Part shown: piece after piece, positions 7,530 through 16,336 of the stretch
How the letters are laid out: every line of letters starts with the position of its first letter
Position numbering within the stretch: the first letter of the stretch is position 1
Source of the DNA: Candidatus Thorarchaeota archaeon
GTDB lineage: Archaea; Asgardarchaeota; Thorarchaeia; Thorarchaeales; Thorarchaeaceae
Direction of reading: 5' to 3'
Assembly (NCBI GenBank): GCA_029855935.1
Contig: JAGSHN010000021.1
Span: forward strand, 1-19,870
Length of the DNA stretch: 19,870 nucleotides
The notes under the pieces: model-generated
Seen by the model: only the letters and a program-made list of their open reading frames with translations
What the model was told of the DNA's origin: nothing
Database searches by the model: none
Made by a program: the position numbers and the translations under genes

Positions 7530-8705
7530 TCAGACGACCAAGATGTCTCGTTGCTCCACAAACTCTGACGGATTGAGGAGGTGAAGACGGGCCTCCACGG
7601 CCTGAACCTCGCTCTCATCAATCTCACCAGGGTCACAGGGACCAGCAATAGGACAACGAGCGGCTACAGGGAGCTCAACGTCAATCGCCGGAGGCCGATC
7701 ACGTATGATCGAGTCCAAGTCCTCGCCCGCACAGGGCGTCAGAATTGGGACACCCCCTGAGGCCTGAGCGGCCAGCCGAAAGATACGGAGTGAGTGATGG
7801 CAGTACTCTCCGATCACATCGCCCACAACGATACCATCGCTGTCGTGCTGGTCTACCAATACTGCTGCGGCCCTGAGCACAAGGCGTTTCCACAACAGGC
7901 AGGCGTGAGCAGTAGACATGTCTTCAAGTCGATCCAACACCCGGCTCGTCACGAGAAGGTACAGCGGTATCTTCTGGTGGTATATCAGACTGGCCAGCCT
8001 CTTGGCAAGGTCCATCGCGGTCACTGAAGTGCCCTTCCAATCGGGTTCCTCGATGACAAGAAAGACGGGGATGCAACCACGACGCATGACTCTGTATGCT
8101 GCCATCGCAGAGGCCAACGTGGCAGACAGTACACAGACAACGACACCCTGTGTCCCCGAGGGCATGCCTCCCACACCGGGGACCGACCGGGTGAACAGGT
8201 AGGCCCGATCATTGCGCACCTCAACATAGACAGTCTGGACGGGAGATCCCAGGTCGACCCTCAGGTCAAGGTCGCCAAGCTCAGATAGAATCAGGGCGCC
8301 CAACTGCTCACGGATGTCCTGACTAGAGAAGTCGTGCTCGCCCATCCGGCGCGCCCCCACTGCGAAGGATGCCCCTGGTCTGAAGTCCCGCCGGGCCAGA
8401 CCAAGCCCGGCCTTGAGAATATTGTCCATTCTCGCATCCACGACCACCACTGGTGAGGTAGACACCACACCGAAGACCCCAGCGATGACACGGGCTGCGT
8501 CGCTGGCGTCACGAGTTTCTACAAAGATACGACCATACTCTATCCTCACGTCTGAGAAGGGGATGGCCGCCTTGTCCAGCGCGGCTCGTATCTGGTCGGC
8601 CAGGACTCGCGACATCCTCTTCCTAGTCTGACGCGACTTGACGCCAATCTCCCCATATCGTACGAGAACGGCACTATACTTCGGTGCGGTCTTCTGGTCT
8701 TGCAC
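7530..8705 (-). CDS. ThiI-like THUMP-domain protein (tRNA sulfurtransferase paralogue with degenerate PP-loop), ~391 aa
   Basis: N-terminal ThiI signature VLVRYGEIGVKSRQTR, GRIFV, VFGVVSTSP; THUMP SFAVGARRMGEHDFSS...VDLGSP...VEVR; GVGGMPSGTQG. The catalytic SGGxDS reads SATLAS. Start GTG 8705 follows GAGGGGG. Confidence 0.85.
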   Translation of the reverse strand: MQDQKTAPKYSAVLVRYGEIGVKSRQTRKRMSRVLADQIRAALDKAAIPFSDVRIEYGRIFVETRDASDAARVIAGVFGVVSTSPVVVVDARMDNILKAGLGLARRDFRPGASFAVGARRMGEHDFSSQDIREQLGALILSELGDLDLRVDLGSPVQTVYVEVRNDRAYLFTRSVPGVGGMPSGTQGVVVCVLSATLASAMAAYRVMRRGCIPVFLVIEEPDWKGTSVTAMDLAKRLASLIYHQKIPLYLLVTSRVLDRLEDMSTAHACLLWKRLVLRAAAVLVDQHDSDGIVVGDVIGEYCHHSLRIFRLAAQASGGVPILTPCAGEDLDSIIRDRPPAIDVELPVAARCPIAGPCDPGEIDESEVQAVEARLHLLNPSEFVEQRDILVV

Positions 8706-8728
8706 GAGTCCCCCTCTGATGACCCGAC

Positions 8729-8740
8729 CGAATAAATTGC
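8729..8740 (-). promoter_or_regulatory. Putative TATA box (TTTATT) for the thiI-like gene in the 105-bp divergent spacer
   Basis: The + strand reads aataaa at 8731-8736, about 26 nt upstream of GTG 8705. Confidence 0.4.
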
Positions 8741-8810
8741 GCGGAGATGGCACATCAACTCCGAGCAAAACAACTATGTAGCGAGGACACACTGGCAGAG
8801 CTGCACTGCA

Positions 8811-10841
8811 ATGAACGTCATCGGCGTCGACGTCGGCGGAACTTTCACCGACATTATTCTGGTGAGAGAGAATCCTCAGGGGCATTTCAGCCACAAGGTC
8901 CCCTCGACACCAGAGGCCCAGGAGACGGCTGTGATCAAGGGAATTCGTGAGATTCTGGAGATGAGCGGGACGGAGGGGGACCGGGTCGACCTTGTGGTAC
9001 ACGGGACGACTGTTGCTACAAACGCAATGCTGCAGCGCAGCGGTGCAACGGTTGTCCTCGTGACCACTGAGGGACTCGAGGACGTTATCGAGATTGGCAG
9101 ACAGAACCGCGATGAGATCTATGCCAGAATGGCCAGCCGACCAGAACCACTCGTGAGGAGGGAGATGCGGATTGGCGTGCACGAGAGGACCGGACCGGAT
9201 GGTGAGGCAATCATACCGCTGACTCCTGATGAGATAGAGAGAGTCAGGACCGCGGTCGACGAGAGGGAGAGCGATGCCGTGGCAGTCGCCCTCCTCTTCT
9301 CCTATGTCAACCCTGCGCACGAGATGACTCTGCTACGTGAGCTCGGAGAGAGTACGGGACGATACGTCGTTGCCTCGTCTGAAGTGCTGCCGGAGTTCAG
9401 AGAGTTCGAGCGCATATCCACAACGGTACTGGAGGCGTATCTGGGACCAGTCGTACTCGGCTATCTTGAGCGACTCGGTCGTGCCATCAGGGAGGTATGT
9501 CCCAACGCCACCGTTACCATAATGCAGTCGAACGGCGGGACCCGTCTGGTCACCAGGACTAGGGGGCGTGCCATTGGCCTCGCTCTATCGGGCCTCGCCG
9601 GGGGAGTCATGGGCGCCTGGGAGGTGGCTCGCAATGCTGGCATCACAAGGCTAATCTCTCTGGACATGGGCGGGACGAGCTGTGATGTCAGTGCTATTGA
9701 TGGCGGTGTGGTCGTCAGGGCTGACAATGAGGTGGCAGGACTGCCACTTAGAACACCCTCTGTAGATGTGAAGACAATAGGTGCTGGCGGCGGAAGTATT
9801 GCCTGGATAGACGCTGCGGGAGTACTTCACGTCGGCCCTCAGAGTGCAGGTGCCGATCCCGGTCCTGCGGCTTACAACCTTGGTGGGCAAGATGCCACAG
9901 TGACCGATGCAAACCTCGTCATCGGAAGACTCAACCCATACTATTTCCTAGGAGGAAGACTTGAGCTCAGCCCGAGGATGGCCAAGAGGGCTGTGAGTAG
10001 GCTCGCCAAGGAGCTGGGAATGAGCGCGGAGGATGCTGCGCTCGGCATAATCAGGATATCGAGCCACAATATGATGCAGGCGATACGTGAGGTCACTGTG
10101 GAGCGGGGTCAGGATCCGCGTGACTACGTCCTTGTGCCCTTCGGAGGGGCAGGTCCCACACAGGCCGTCGACATCGCCGAGGCATTGGGCATCCGCGCAA
10201 TCCTTGTACCGCCCAGTCCCGGCATAACCTCGGCTCTTGGCCTTGTGTGCTCCGACCTCCGCGTGGATCTGATGCAGACTGTTCTCATCGATGACGCGAC
10301 GACCGGAGGCGACACCGTAAGGATGACGTTCGAGAGGCTCGACGACCAGGCGATTGAGAGTCTCACCGCTCAGGGCGCGGACCCTGACCGCATAGTTCTG
10401 GAGTGGAGAATTGATATGCGGTACAAGGGACAGTCTCACGAGATCACGGTCTACGTCCCGTATGAGAGCAGAGAGGTCCTAGAGGAGGCGAGAAGACGCT
10501 TCGAGGAGCGCCATGAGGCGATGTACGGGTATACTCTCGGCGACAGGCCCGTGGAGTGGGTCACTCTGAGAGTGACTGGCACCGCAAGGTGGAGCTCTCT
10601 GCCAGCGCACACTCACACTGTGACAGAGCCGGGAGAACCCATCTCAGTCAGAGAGCTCGTCCTCCCCGATGGCAGTGATGTAGACGCCGATGTGTACCGA
10701 CGCGAGCAGCTGGCGGTGGGCCAAGAGATTGCGGGGCCTGCACTTGTCGAACAGGTCGACACTACGATATATCTCGGACAGGGATGGACTGGCGTCCAGC
10801 AGGCGGATGCGACTATGTTTGTGAGGAGGCGAGACTCCTGA
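8811..10841 (+). CDS. hyuA: Hydantoinase/5-oxoprolinase subunit A (ATP-dependent, actin-like ATPase fold), 676 aa
   Basis: Motifs GVDVGGTFTD, HGTTVATNA, REFER, DMGGTSCD, TIGAGGGS, GPQSAGADPGPAAY, TVTDAN, FGGAGP, DMRYKGQSHE and GPALVEQ. Confidence 0.93.
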   Translation: MNVIGVDVGGTFTDIILVRENPQGHFSHKVPSTPEAQETAVIKGIREILEMSGTEGDRVDLVVHGTTVATNAMLQRSGATVVLVTTEGLEDVIEIGRQNRDEIYARMASRPEPLVRREMRIGVHERTGPDGEAIIPLTPDEIERVRTAVDERESDAVAVALLFSYVNPAHEMTLLRELGESTGRYVVASSEVLPEFREFERISTTVLEAYLGPVVLGYLERLGRAIREVCPNATVTIMQSNGGTRLVTRTRGRAIGLALSGLAGGVMGAWEVARNAGITRLISLDMGGTSCDVSAIDGGVVVRADNEVAGLPLRTPSVDVKTIGAGGGSIAWIDAAGVLHVGPQSAGADPGPAAYNLGGQDATVTDANLVIGRLNPYYFLGGRLELSPRMAKRAVSRLAKELGMSAEDAALGIIRISSHNMMQAIREVTVERGQDPRDYVLVPFGGAGPTQAVDIAEALGIRAILVPPSPGITSALGLVCSDLRVDLMQTVLIDDATTGGDTVRMTFERLDDQAIESLTAQGADPDRIVLEWRIDMRYKGQSHEITVYVPYESREVLEEARRRFEERHEAMYGYTLGDRPVEWVTLRVTGTARWSSLPAHTHTVTEPGEPISVRELVLPDGSDVDADVYRREQLAVGQEIAGPALVEQVDTTIYLGQGWTGVQQADATMFVRRRDS

Positions 10842-12415
10842 TAGAGGACCCCATCACATTTGAGGTGACTAAGAACGCACTGATTGCCTGCGCGCGAGAG
10901 ATGACACAGGCACTGAGGAGAGCAGCATTCAGCCCGAATATCAAGGAGCGACGGGACTGCTCCTGTGCCATCTTCGACTCCGAGGGTCGCCTAGTCGCGC
11001 AGTCCAAAGACATCCCGGTCCACCTTGGAGCGATGCCGCTCTCAGTGAGATCTTGTATTGACGAGCTTGGTGATCAGCTGGTGGATGGGACAATGGCCCT
11101 CCTCAACGACCCGTTTCGTGGCGGTTCGCACCTCCCTGACCTCACCCTTGTTGCTCCCGTGTACTTCGAGGGGCAGCTCGTGGCATTTGTGGCCAATAGG
11201 GCGCATCACGCAGATGTCGGAGGGGTGAGCCCTGGCTCAATGCCCGGCCTATCGACGGACATCTCTGAAGAGGGTGTTCTCATCAGTCCGCGGATAGTCG
11301 TGAGGAAGAGAAGACTGGAGAGGGCGGCGGTCGCAGACCTTCTGGAGTCGACAAGGACACCAGACGAGAGACTGGGAGACCTCTCGGCGCAGATAGCGGC
11401 CAATGTTGTCGGTATGAAGCGGCTTCACGGTACTATGAAGAGTCATGGTACGATCACGATACTTGACACATTCTCGGACCTGAGAGACTATTCGGCCAAA
11501 CAGATGCAGGAGCGACTGTCCCGCCTTGACGGTGAGGAGGCGGAGTTCACGGACTTTATGGACAGCGACGGAGCGGGCAACTGGACAATTCCCATCACGG
11601 CGCGTCTCCACTTCGACAGAGGCCGCGTGCGTGTCGACTTCAGCAAGACCGCAAGACAAGTGACAGGGAACATAAACTGCCCGTACGCGTCTACGCTCTC
11701 TGCGGTCTACTACGTGTTCGCCACAATGTTTGGAGAGGGCATACCGATAAACGAGGGCTGCTGGAGAACAATAGATGTCCACGCCCCCATCGGGTCGCTC
11801 GTCAATCCCGAGTATCCAGCGGCCGTGTCGGCTGGTAACGTGGAGACCACACAGCGAATCGTCGATGTCGTCTTTGGTGCTCTTGCGAGGATCATCCCTG
11901 ATGAGGTGCCTGCAGCCAGTCAGGGTACAATGAACAATCTCACGATTGGCGGGATCGACCCCAGGACAGGAAGAGCCTTCACGTTCTACGAAACCATCGG
12001 AGGCGGCGCTGGAGCGATGAGGGGGTCAGACGGAGCAAGTGGAATTCATACTCACATGACGAACACGTTGAACACGCCCATCGAGGCCCTCGAGACATCC
12101 TACCCGCTTCGTGTGCACCGCTACTCGATAAGAAGGGGTAGCGGAGGAGTCGGGAAGTGGAATGGTGGGGACGGGATTGTACGGGAGATCGAGGTACTCG
12201 TCGATGATGCCACAATCTCGATTCAGTCAGAGAGACGACACAGTAGCCCGTGGGGGCTGAACGGTGGCGCCCCCGGTGCGCCTGGAGACAACACTCTGAT
12301 CTACCACGGTCGCCAATACAGACTACAGTCAAAGTCCTCGGTGACCGCTCCCGCAGGGACCATCATCCGCATAGAGACGCCCGGTGGAGGCGGCTGGGGC
12401 GCGTCCGACCATTAG
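10838..12415 (+). CDS. hyuB: Hydantoinase B/5-oxoprolinase subunit B, ~525 aa
   Basis: Motifs DPITFEV, FSPNIKERRDCSCA, IPVHLGAM, NDPFRGGSHLPD, HHADVGG..PGSM, GNINCP, GNVETTQR, SQGTMNN, YETIGGG, HMTNTLNTPIE and TPGGGGWG. The start is uncertain: CTG 10838 overlapping the hyuA stop after GGAGG, or ATG 10784. Confidence 0.92.
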   Translation: MIEDPITFEVTKNALIACAREMTQALRRAAFSPNIKERRDCSCAIFDSEGRLVAQSKDIPVHLGAMPLSVRSCIDELGDQLVDGTMALLNDPFRGGSHLPDLTLVAPVYFEGQLVAFVANRAHHADVGGVSPGSMPGLSTDISEEGVLISPRIVVRKRRLERAAVADLLESTRTPDERLGDLSAQIAANVVGMKRLHGTMKSHGTITILDTFSDLRDYSAKQMQERLSRLDGEEAEFTDFMDSDGAGNWTIPITARLHFDRGRVRVDFSKTARQVTGNINCPYASTLSAVYYVFATMFGEGIPINEGCWRTIDVHAPIGSLVNPEYPAAVSAGNVETTQRIVDVVFGALARIIPDEVPAASQGTMNNLTIGGIDPRTGRAFTFYETIGGGAGAMRGSDGASGIHTHMTNTLNTPIEALETSYPLRVHRYSIRRGSGGVGKWNGGDGIVREIEVLVDDATISIQSERRHSSPWGLNGGAPGAPGDNTLIYHGRQYRLQSKSSVTAPAGTIIRIETPGGGGWGASDH

Positions 12416-13161
12416 ACCTTGACAGCAACGTTGCCGTTGACCGCGTTTATCCTCATGACCCTTGATGCCTGACCAGCCGACACCCTCACGTAGTATGCGG
12501 GTACGTAGAAGCCGTCGAGTTTCTTGAAGGTCAGAGTGTGGGAGACCACGCGCTTTGCCCCCTTGGGCTTTTGCGCCGCGACCTTGGCCACCGCGCGCAC
12601 CACTTTGTCAAGAGAGTTGAACTTTCCGGGCGTGATCTTGGCCTTTCTCACCCAGGCCGGCGTCGCTCGTCTCTTTCCTGCCCCCTTCAGCAGTCGTTCC
12701 AAGCTGCGGGCCGGGGCACCCGTGACACCGTCCAGTATCATAGAGTCACTCCTACTGACAGAGAACAGCTCGACCAGTGGGAGACGAACAGCCTTGCCGG
12801 GAATCTCCTTACCCTTGACAACGGGGAACACCTCCTTGCCAACGAGAACACCGGCGACCTCCTCGTTCACCGAGATCTCCTCGTTGCGTACGCGCAAGAA
12901 CTGCAGGTCCATCACTGCGTCGTAGATGCAATAGAAGTCGTATTTCAGCGAGGGCTTCCCCACCGATACATCACCCGGCGAGACACCGAGAACATCGGCG
13001 CCGTCCTTCTGGGCCATCTTGGCAGCTCGCTCGGGGGAGATCTTCGCCTCAAAATAATACGTTGACCTCTTCTTGTCATCAACCTTTAGCTTGGCGCTGG
13101 CACCCGTTGTCTTGAAGAGAGAGGTAGTGAGAGCCTTCTTGGTTCGTTTCTTCTTGGCCAT
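12412..13161 (-). CDS. Highly basic hypothetical protein, 249 aa
   Basis: Clean ATG ORF filling the gap between hyuB and gltX; its stop overlaps the convergent hyuB stop. About 49 K+R against about 22 D+E by hand count. C-terminal YVPAYYV...RINAVNG motif. Confidence 0.8.
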   Translation of the reverse strand: MAKKKRTKKALTTSLFKTTGASAKLKVDDKKRSTYYFEAKISPERAAKMAQKDGADVLGVSPGDVSVGKPSLKYDFYCIYDAVMDLQFLRVRNEEISVNEEVAGVLVGKEVFPVVKGKEIPGKAVRLPLVELFSVSRSDSMILDGVTGAPARSLERLLKGAGKRRATPAWVRKAKITPGKFNSLDKVVRAVAKVAAQKPKGAKRVVSHTLTFKKLDGFYVPAYYVRVSAGQASRVMRINAVNGNVAVKV

Positions 13162-13232
13162 GTTTGATCACGCATCTCTGTGAGAACATCCTTTGCATAA
13201 GTGAGCTTCGGGCACGACAGCAGAGATAGAAG

Positions 13233-14969
13233 TCACTTGTGGGCGAAGGCCGCACGTATGACATCGTCGACGGAGTACACACGGGCAAACCCGTAGCGCT
13301 CGAACTGAAGAAACGTACCCTCCGCAATCTCACGAGCGGATGGCTCCGCCAGACCATCGACAACAGAACCATCAATCATAGTGAGTTCGACAGGGACAGC
13401 ACGCTCTCTTGGTACCCACTGGACTATTCGTCCGCCAGCCTCGCGGATGACCTCCACCTCGTGACTGTGAAAGTCAGCAGCCGGGGACTCCTCCTTCCTC
13501 AGCACAAAGTTCGCTAGGTCCTTCATCCTGAACAGAGCGCCCTCGTCAATCTTGTCAAAGTCGCTCCTCTGAATGCCAAGGACAACATCACCATCCGAGC
13601 GGACGATGGGGATGTGACGGACACCTCGCTCAGGGAAGTCCGGGTGGACCAGCGGCGTGGCCTCGGTGACCTCAGGTGGAAGACCGCGGATGCTCAGCCA
13701 GACAGGCTCATGGACGAAGAAGAGGCGTGGGGCCTCTGCATCGCGTAGCCTCCTGTTCTCTGAGTAGACAGCCTTCATAGAGAAGGCAACATCAACAATG
13801 CTCAGGCCCAAGTCGAGCATAGCCTTGCGAATCGCCTCGGGGTGAATCCCTCGTTTCTGAAGGGACTGTAGACTCCATGTGCGCGGGTCATCCCAGCCGG
13901 AGTAGACGCCGGTCTTCACCTCCACCCGAGACTTGCTCTTGCTCAGCTTGGCATCCTGAAATCGAAGTCGACCGTAGTATATGAGCTCGGGATGCTGCCA
14001 ACCATAGATGTTCCAGATGTGCTGCTCAATCTTGCCCTCCTTGACAAGATCCTTGCCTCTGACTATGTGAGATATACCGAGCTCGTGATCGTCAATTCCC
14101 CACGAGTATTCCAGCAGGGGCCAGACGCGGTACTTTGTCCCGACTCGCGGATGGTCGGTCTCCGATATCCTCAGTATCACGTGGTCGCGCATCGCGGGGT
14201 CGGGATTGTCCATCCCAGTCTTCAGGCGGACTGCGGCGGCGCGCTCAGGATACGTCCCGTCCAGCATCTTCTCCCATCGTGCGAGATTCTCCTCGACAGA
14301 GAGGCTCCTGCAGGGGCAGGGCTTCTTCTTTGCCTTGTACTTCTCTCTCCACTCATCTGCGTCGCAGGTGCACACGTACGCCTCACCGCGTCTCATCAGG
14401 TCCACTGCATACTCGTAGAAGAGATCCAGCCGGTCAGACTTGTAGACAGTCTCGTGCCACTCCACACCAAGATACTCGAGTCCCTCAGGAATGAGGTCAT
14501 AGGCCTCAGGTTCGATCTGCTTCTCTGCGGAACCGATGGTGTCGTCAAAGACTAGAATCAATTTCCCATCGTAGCGCTTCACATAGTAGTCATTCAGTAT
14601 CACCATTCGAGCGTTCCCAATGTGCAGCGGGCCAGACGGGAAGGGAGCGAGCCTCATAACAACCTGCGGCCACTTGTCGACGTTGGGTAGATCCGGGAGC
14701 TCTCTCTTCTCCTCCTCTGCGGGGACCTCGGCGGCCTCTAGGCGCTCTGGCGCAATCCGCTGAAGCTCGGCGCGCTGTTCATCAAGACTCATCTTGGCGA
14801 CCTCTTCCACCGTCCGCTCGACAATCTCCTTCACCTCGCGCGCACGGGACCGCAGATCAGACCTCGAGCCCAGCAGCGCGCTCATGGCGGACTTCACGCT
14901 GGGCCTTCCATCATACTTCACAGCATTCTCCAGTACGACTATTCGGACCTCTTCTTCCAACTTGTCCAC
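13233..14969 (-). CDS. gltX: Glutamate--tRNA ligase (archaeal-type GluRS), ~578 aa
   Basis: Archaeal N-terminus (LENAVKYDG), RLAPFPSGPLHIGNAR (HIGH), FDDT, Zn site CTC...CPCR, HIVRGKD, KLSKS (KMSKS), GWDDPR and C-terminal QFERYGF. Start GTG 14969 lies downstream of a TATA box. Confidence 0.96.
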   Translation of the reverse strand: MDKLEEEVRIVVLENAVKYDGRPSVKSAMSALLGSRSDLRSRAREVKEIVERTVEEVAKMSLDEQRAELQRIAPERLEAAEVPAEEEKRELPDLPNVDKWPQVVMRLAPFPSGPLHIGNARMVILNDYYVKRYDGKLILVFDDTIGSAEKQIEPEAYDLIPEGLEYLGVEWHETVYKSDRLDLFYEYAVDLMRRGEAYVCTCDADEWREKYKAKKKPCPCRSLSVEENLARWEKMLDGTYPERAAAVRLKTGMDNPDPAMRDHVILRISETDHPRVGTKYRVWPLLEYSWGIDDHELGISHIVRGKDLVKEGKIEQHIWNIYGWQHPELIYYGRLRFQDAKLSKSKSRVEVKTGVYSGWDDPRTWSLQSLQKRGIHPEAIRKAMLDLGLSIVDVAFSMKAVYSENRRLRDAEAPRLFFVHEPVWLSIRGLPPEVTEATPLVHPDFPERGVRHIPIVRSDGDVVLGIQRSDFDKIDEGALFRMKDLANFVLRKEESPAADFHSHEVEVIREAGGRIVQWVPRERAVPVELTMIDGSVVDGLAEPSAREIAEGTFLQFERYGFARVYSVDDVIRAAFAHK

Positions 14970-15001
14970 GGAGACCAGCTCCGTGGTTGTGTGGGCGTGT
15001 C

Positions 15002-15020
15002 TTAATATAACTTTGACCAA
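15002..15020 (-). promoter_or_regulatory. TATA box (TTATATTA) with BRE-like element, gltX promoter
   Basis: Minus strand reads ggtcaaagTTATATTAag; TATA at 15010-15003, about 34 nt upstream of GTG 14969. Confidence 0.65.
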
Positions 15021-15110
15021 CAGGAGCCTCTCCGAAAACACGTTGAGAATGCTTATTTGGTCTGCTGACCGGAGTCTAGTAGAGTCGGAAGACGCGAGAG
15101 TGCATCGAAC

Positions 15111-15404
15111 TTGTCGGAACTCAAGTGTTGCCACCTCTGCCCTTCATACACGAACTGCGATCATAGAGGGGAGTGCTGCCCTGAGTGTCCCTACTTTGAT
15201 CCGGAGGAGATCATATGCTTGGCCCCGGAGACGGAGAAACGCCGTAAGCGTGTCGTCAAACAGAGCCCGACGGCCCGAAGCGAGGTGGACCCAGACACCT
15301 TTCTCTTCGAGGACGACGAGGAGGAAGAGGAGACGGTGGAGGAATACGGGGGGGATGCCGAGGAGTACGAGTTTGACGAGGAGGAGGATAGCCTCGGCTG
15401 GTGA
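15111..15404 (+). CDS. Small Cys-rich (metal-binding) protein with basic patch and acidic C-terminal tail, 97 aa
   Basis: TTG start; CCxxC-x5-C-x5-CCxxC-x9-C, then KRRKR, then a D/E-rich tail ending ...EEEDSLGW. It fills the gap between gltX and the convergent membrane gene. Confidence 0.75.
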   Translation: MSELKCCHLCPSYTNCDHRGECCPECPYFDPEEIICLAPETEKRRKRVVKQSPTARSEVDPDTFLFEDDEEEEETVEEYGGDAEEYEFDEEEDSLGW

Positions 15405-15442
15405 GGCCAGGTCCTCCTCAGAGTCCGGCGCGCGAGATACCA

Positions 15443-16234
15443 TTATGGAGATGGCAGATACAAGAGGTTGTAGTAGTATAGGCCCATCAAGAACATGACA
15501 ATCAGGACTAGGACTGTCGCGTTGCCTACGAGCCAGCCACGGGCGGCCTTCTTTGATATGTGGATTGGTCCGAGTGACTTTATGCCAGTGGGAGCACTGC
15601 TGTTCGGATCGTGAGCGCGCCAGATAATCTCAAGTGGGCTCGCATTGCTCGGAAATATGTCAAGATAGAGATGGCTTGCATAGCCCATCAGGAAGAGGGC
15701 GGCCATATAGTACTCCACGCTCGCACCAACGCTGAATGACATTGTTGTGACAATTGCGACAGCCACATTGACCAACGTCATCAGAGTGATCAGGAAAGGT
15801 AGAATGGCAGAATGAAACACCAGATTGCGGTGACGCGAGATTCCCAACAGCGGTATGTCCCAGTCGGGAACAAGAGCACCAGTGATTGTAATGAGTGCGC
15901 CCATTGCAATTGACAGGTTACCAGCGAGGGGGATTCCCGAAGTCCAGAGGTAGAGGGCAGAGCCAGCAAGTGAGCCGACACAGAAGACAACGAATGAGAG
16001 AGCACCAACAGCCCCCTTGTTGCCAGTCGTCCTGTCAGGCTTGTCCTTGTGAGGTGCCTGCCAGTAGAGGATTGGCACTGCAATAATCATCAGTCCCACA
16101 CCGCCAGCGAGATAGTAGACAGCAAACTCCCTCAACCGGCCGATGTCCGAGGCCCAGACACTGTACGCCAAGATCACCGAATACAGTCCGACGAACAGTG
16201 ATAGAGAGAAGACCATATGTGATAGACGGTTCAT
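15443..16234 (-). CDS. Membrane-bound metal-dependent hydrolase-like protein (YdjM/DUF457-like), ~263 aa
   Basis: Family motifs MNRLSH, GALVPDWD, HRNLVFHS and GYASHLYLD, with several hydrophobic helices. ATG 16234 follows AGGTG; ATG 16279 is an alternative start. Confidence 0.75.
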   Translation of the reverse strand: MNRLSHMVFSLSLFVGLYSVILAYSVWASDIGRLREFAVYYLAGGVGLMIIAVPILYWQAPHKDKPDRTTGNKGAVGALSFVVFCVGSLAGSALYLWTSGIPLAGNLSIAMGALITITGALVPDWDIPLLGISRHRNLVFHSAILPFLITLMTLVNVAVAIVTTMSFSVGASVEYYMAALFLMGYASHLYLDIFPSNASPLEIIWRAHDPNSSAPTGIKSLGPIHISKKAARGWLVGNATVLVLIVMFLMGLYYYNLLYLPSP

Positions 16235-16336
16235 CACGTGCACCTGCGGAAGAACGCTCTTCGGTAGTACGCGCGTCATATTTCTTATCTCTTTTTGCTC
16301 TACATTGCAACAGTCCCCTAGGGTGATGCTGACAAG

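Noticed and set aside
8706-9320. 205-aa N-terminal extension of the 596-aa ThiI-like ORF (apparent fusion)
   Set aside because: It is antisense to the conserved hyuA 5' end. ThiI similarity starts right after GTG 8705, which has an SD-like and a TATA-like element.
14970-15134. 55-aa N-terminal extension of GltX
   Set aside because: It spans the TATA box and overlaps the divergent gene start. Archaeal GluRS similarity begins at about 14969.
14794-15498. 234-aa + strand Arg/Ser-rich ORF
   Set aside because: It overlaps gltX antisense and the Cys-rich/acidic ORF out of frame; its composition is explained by those frames.
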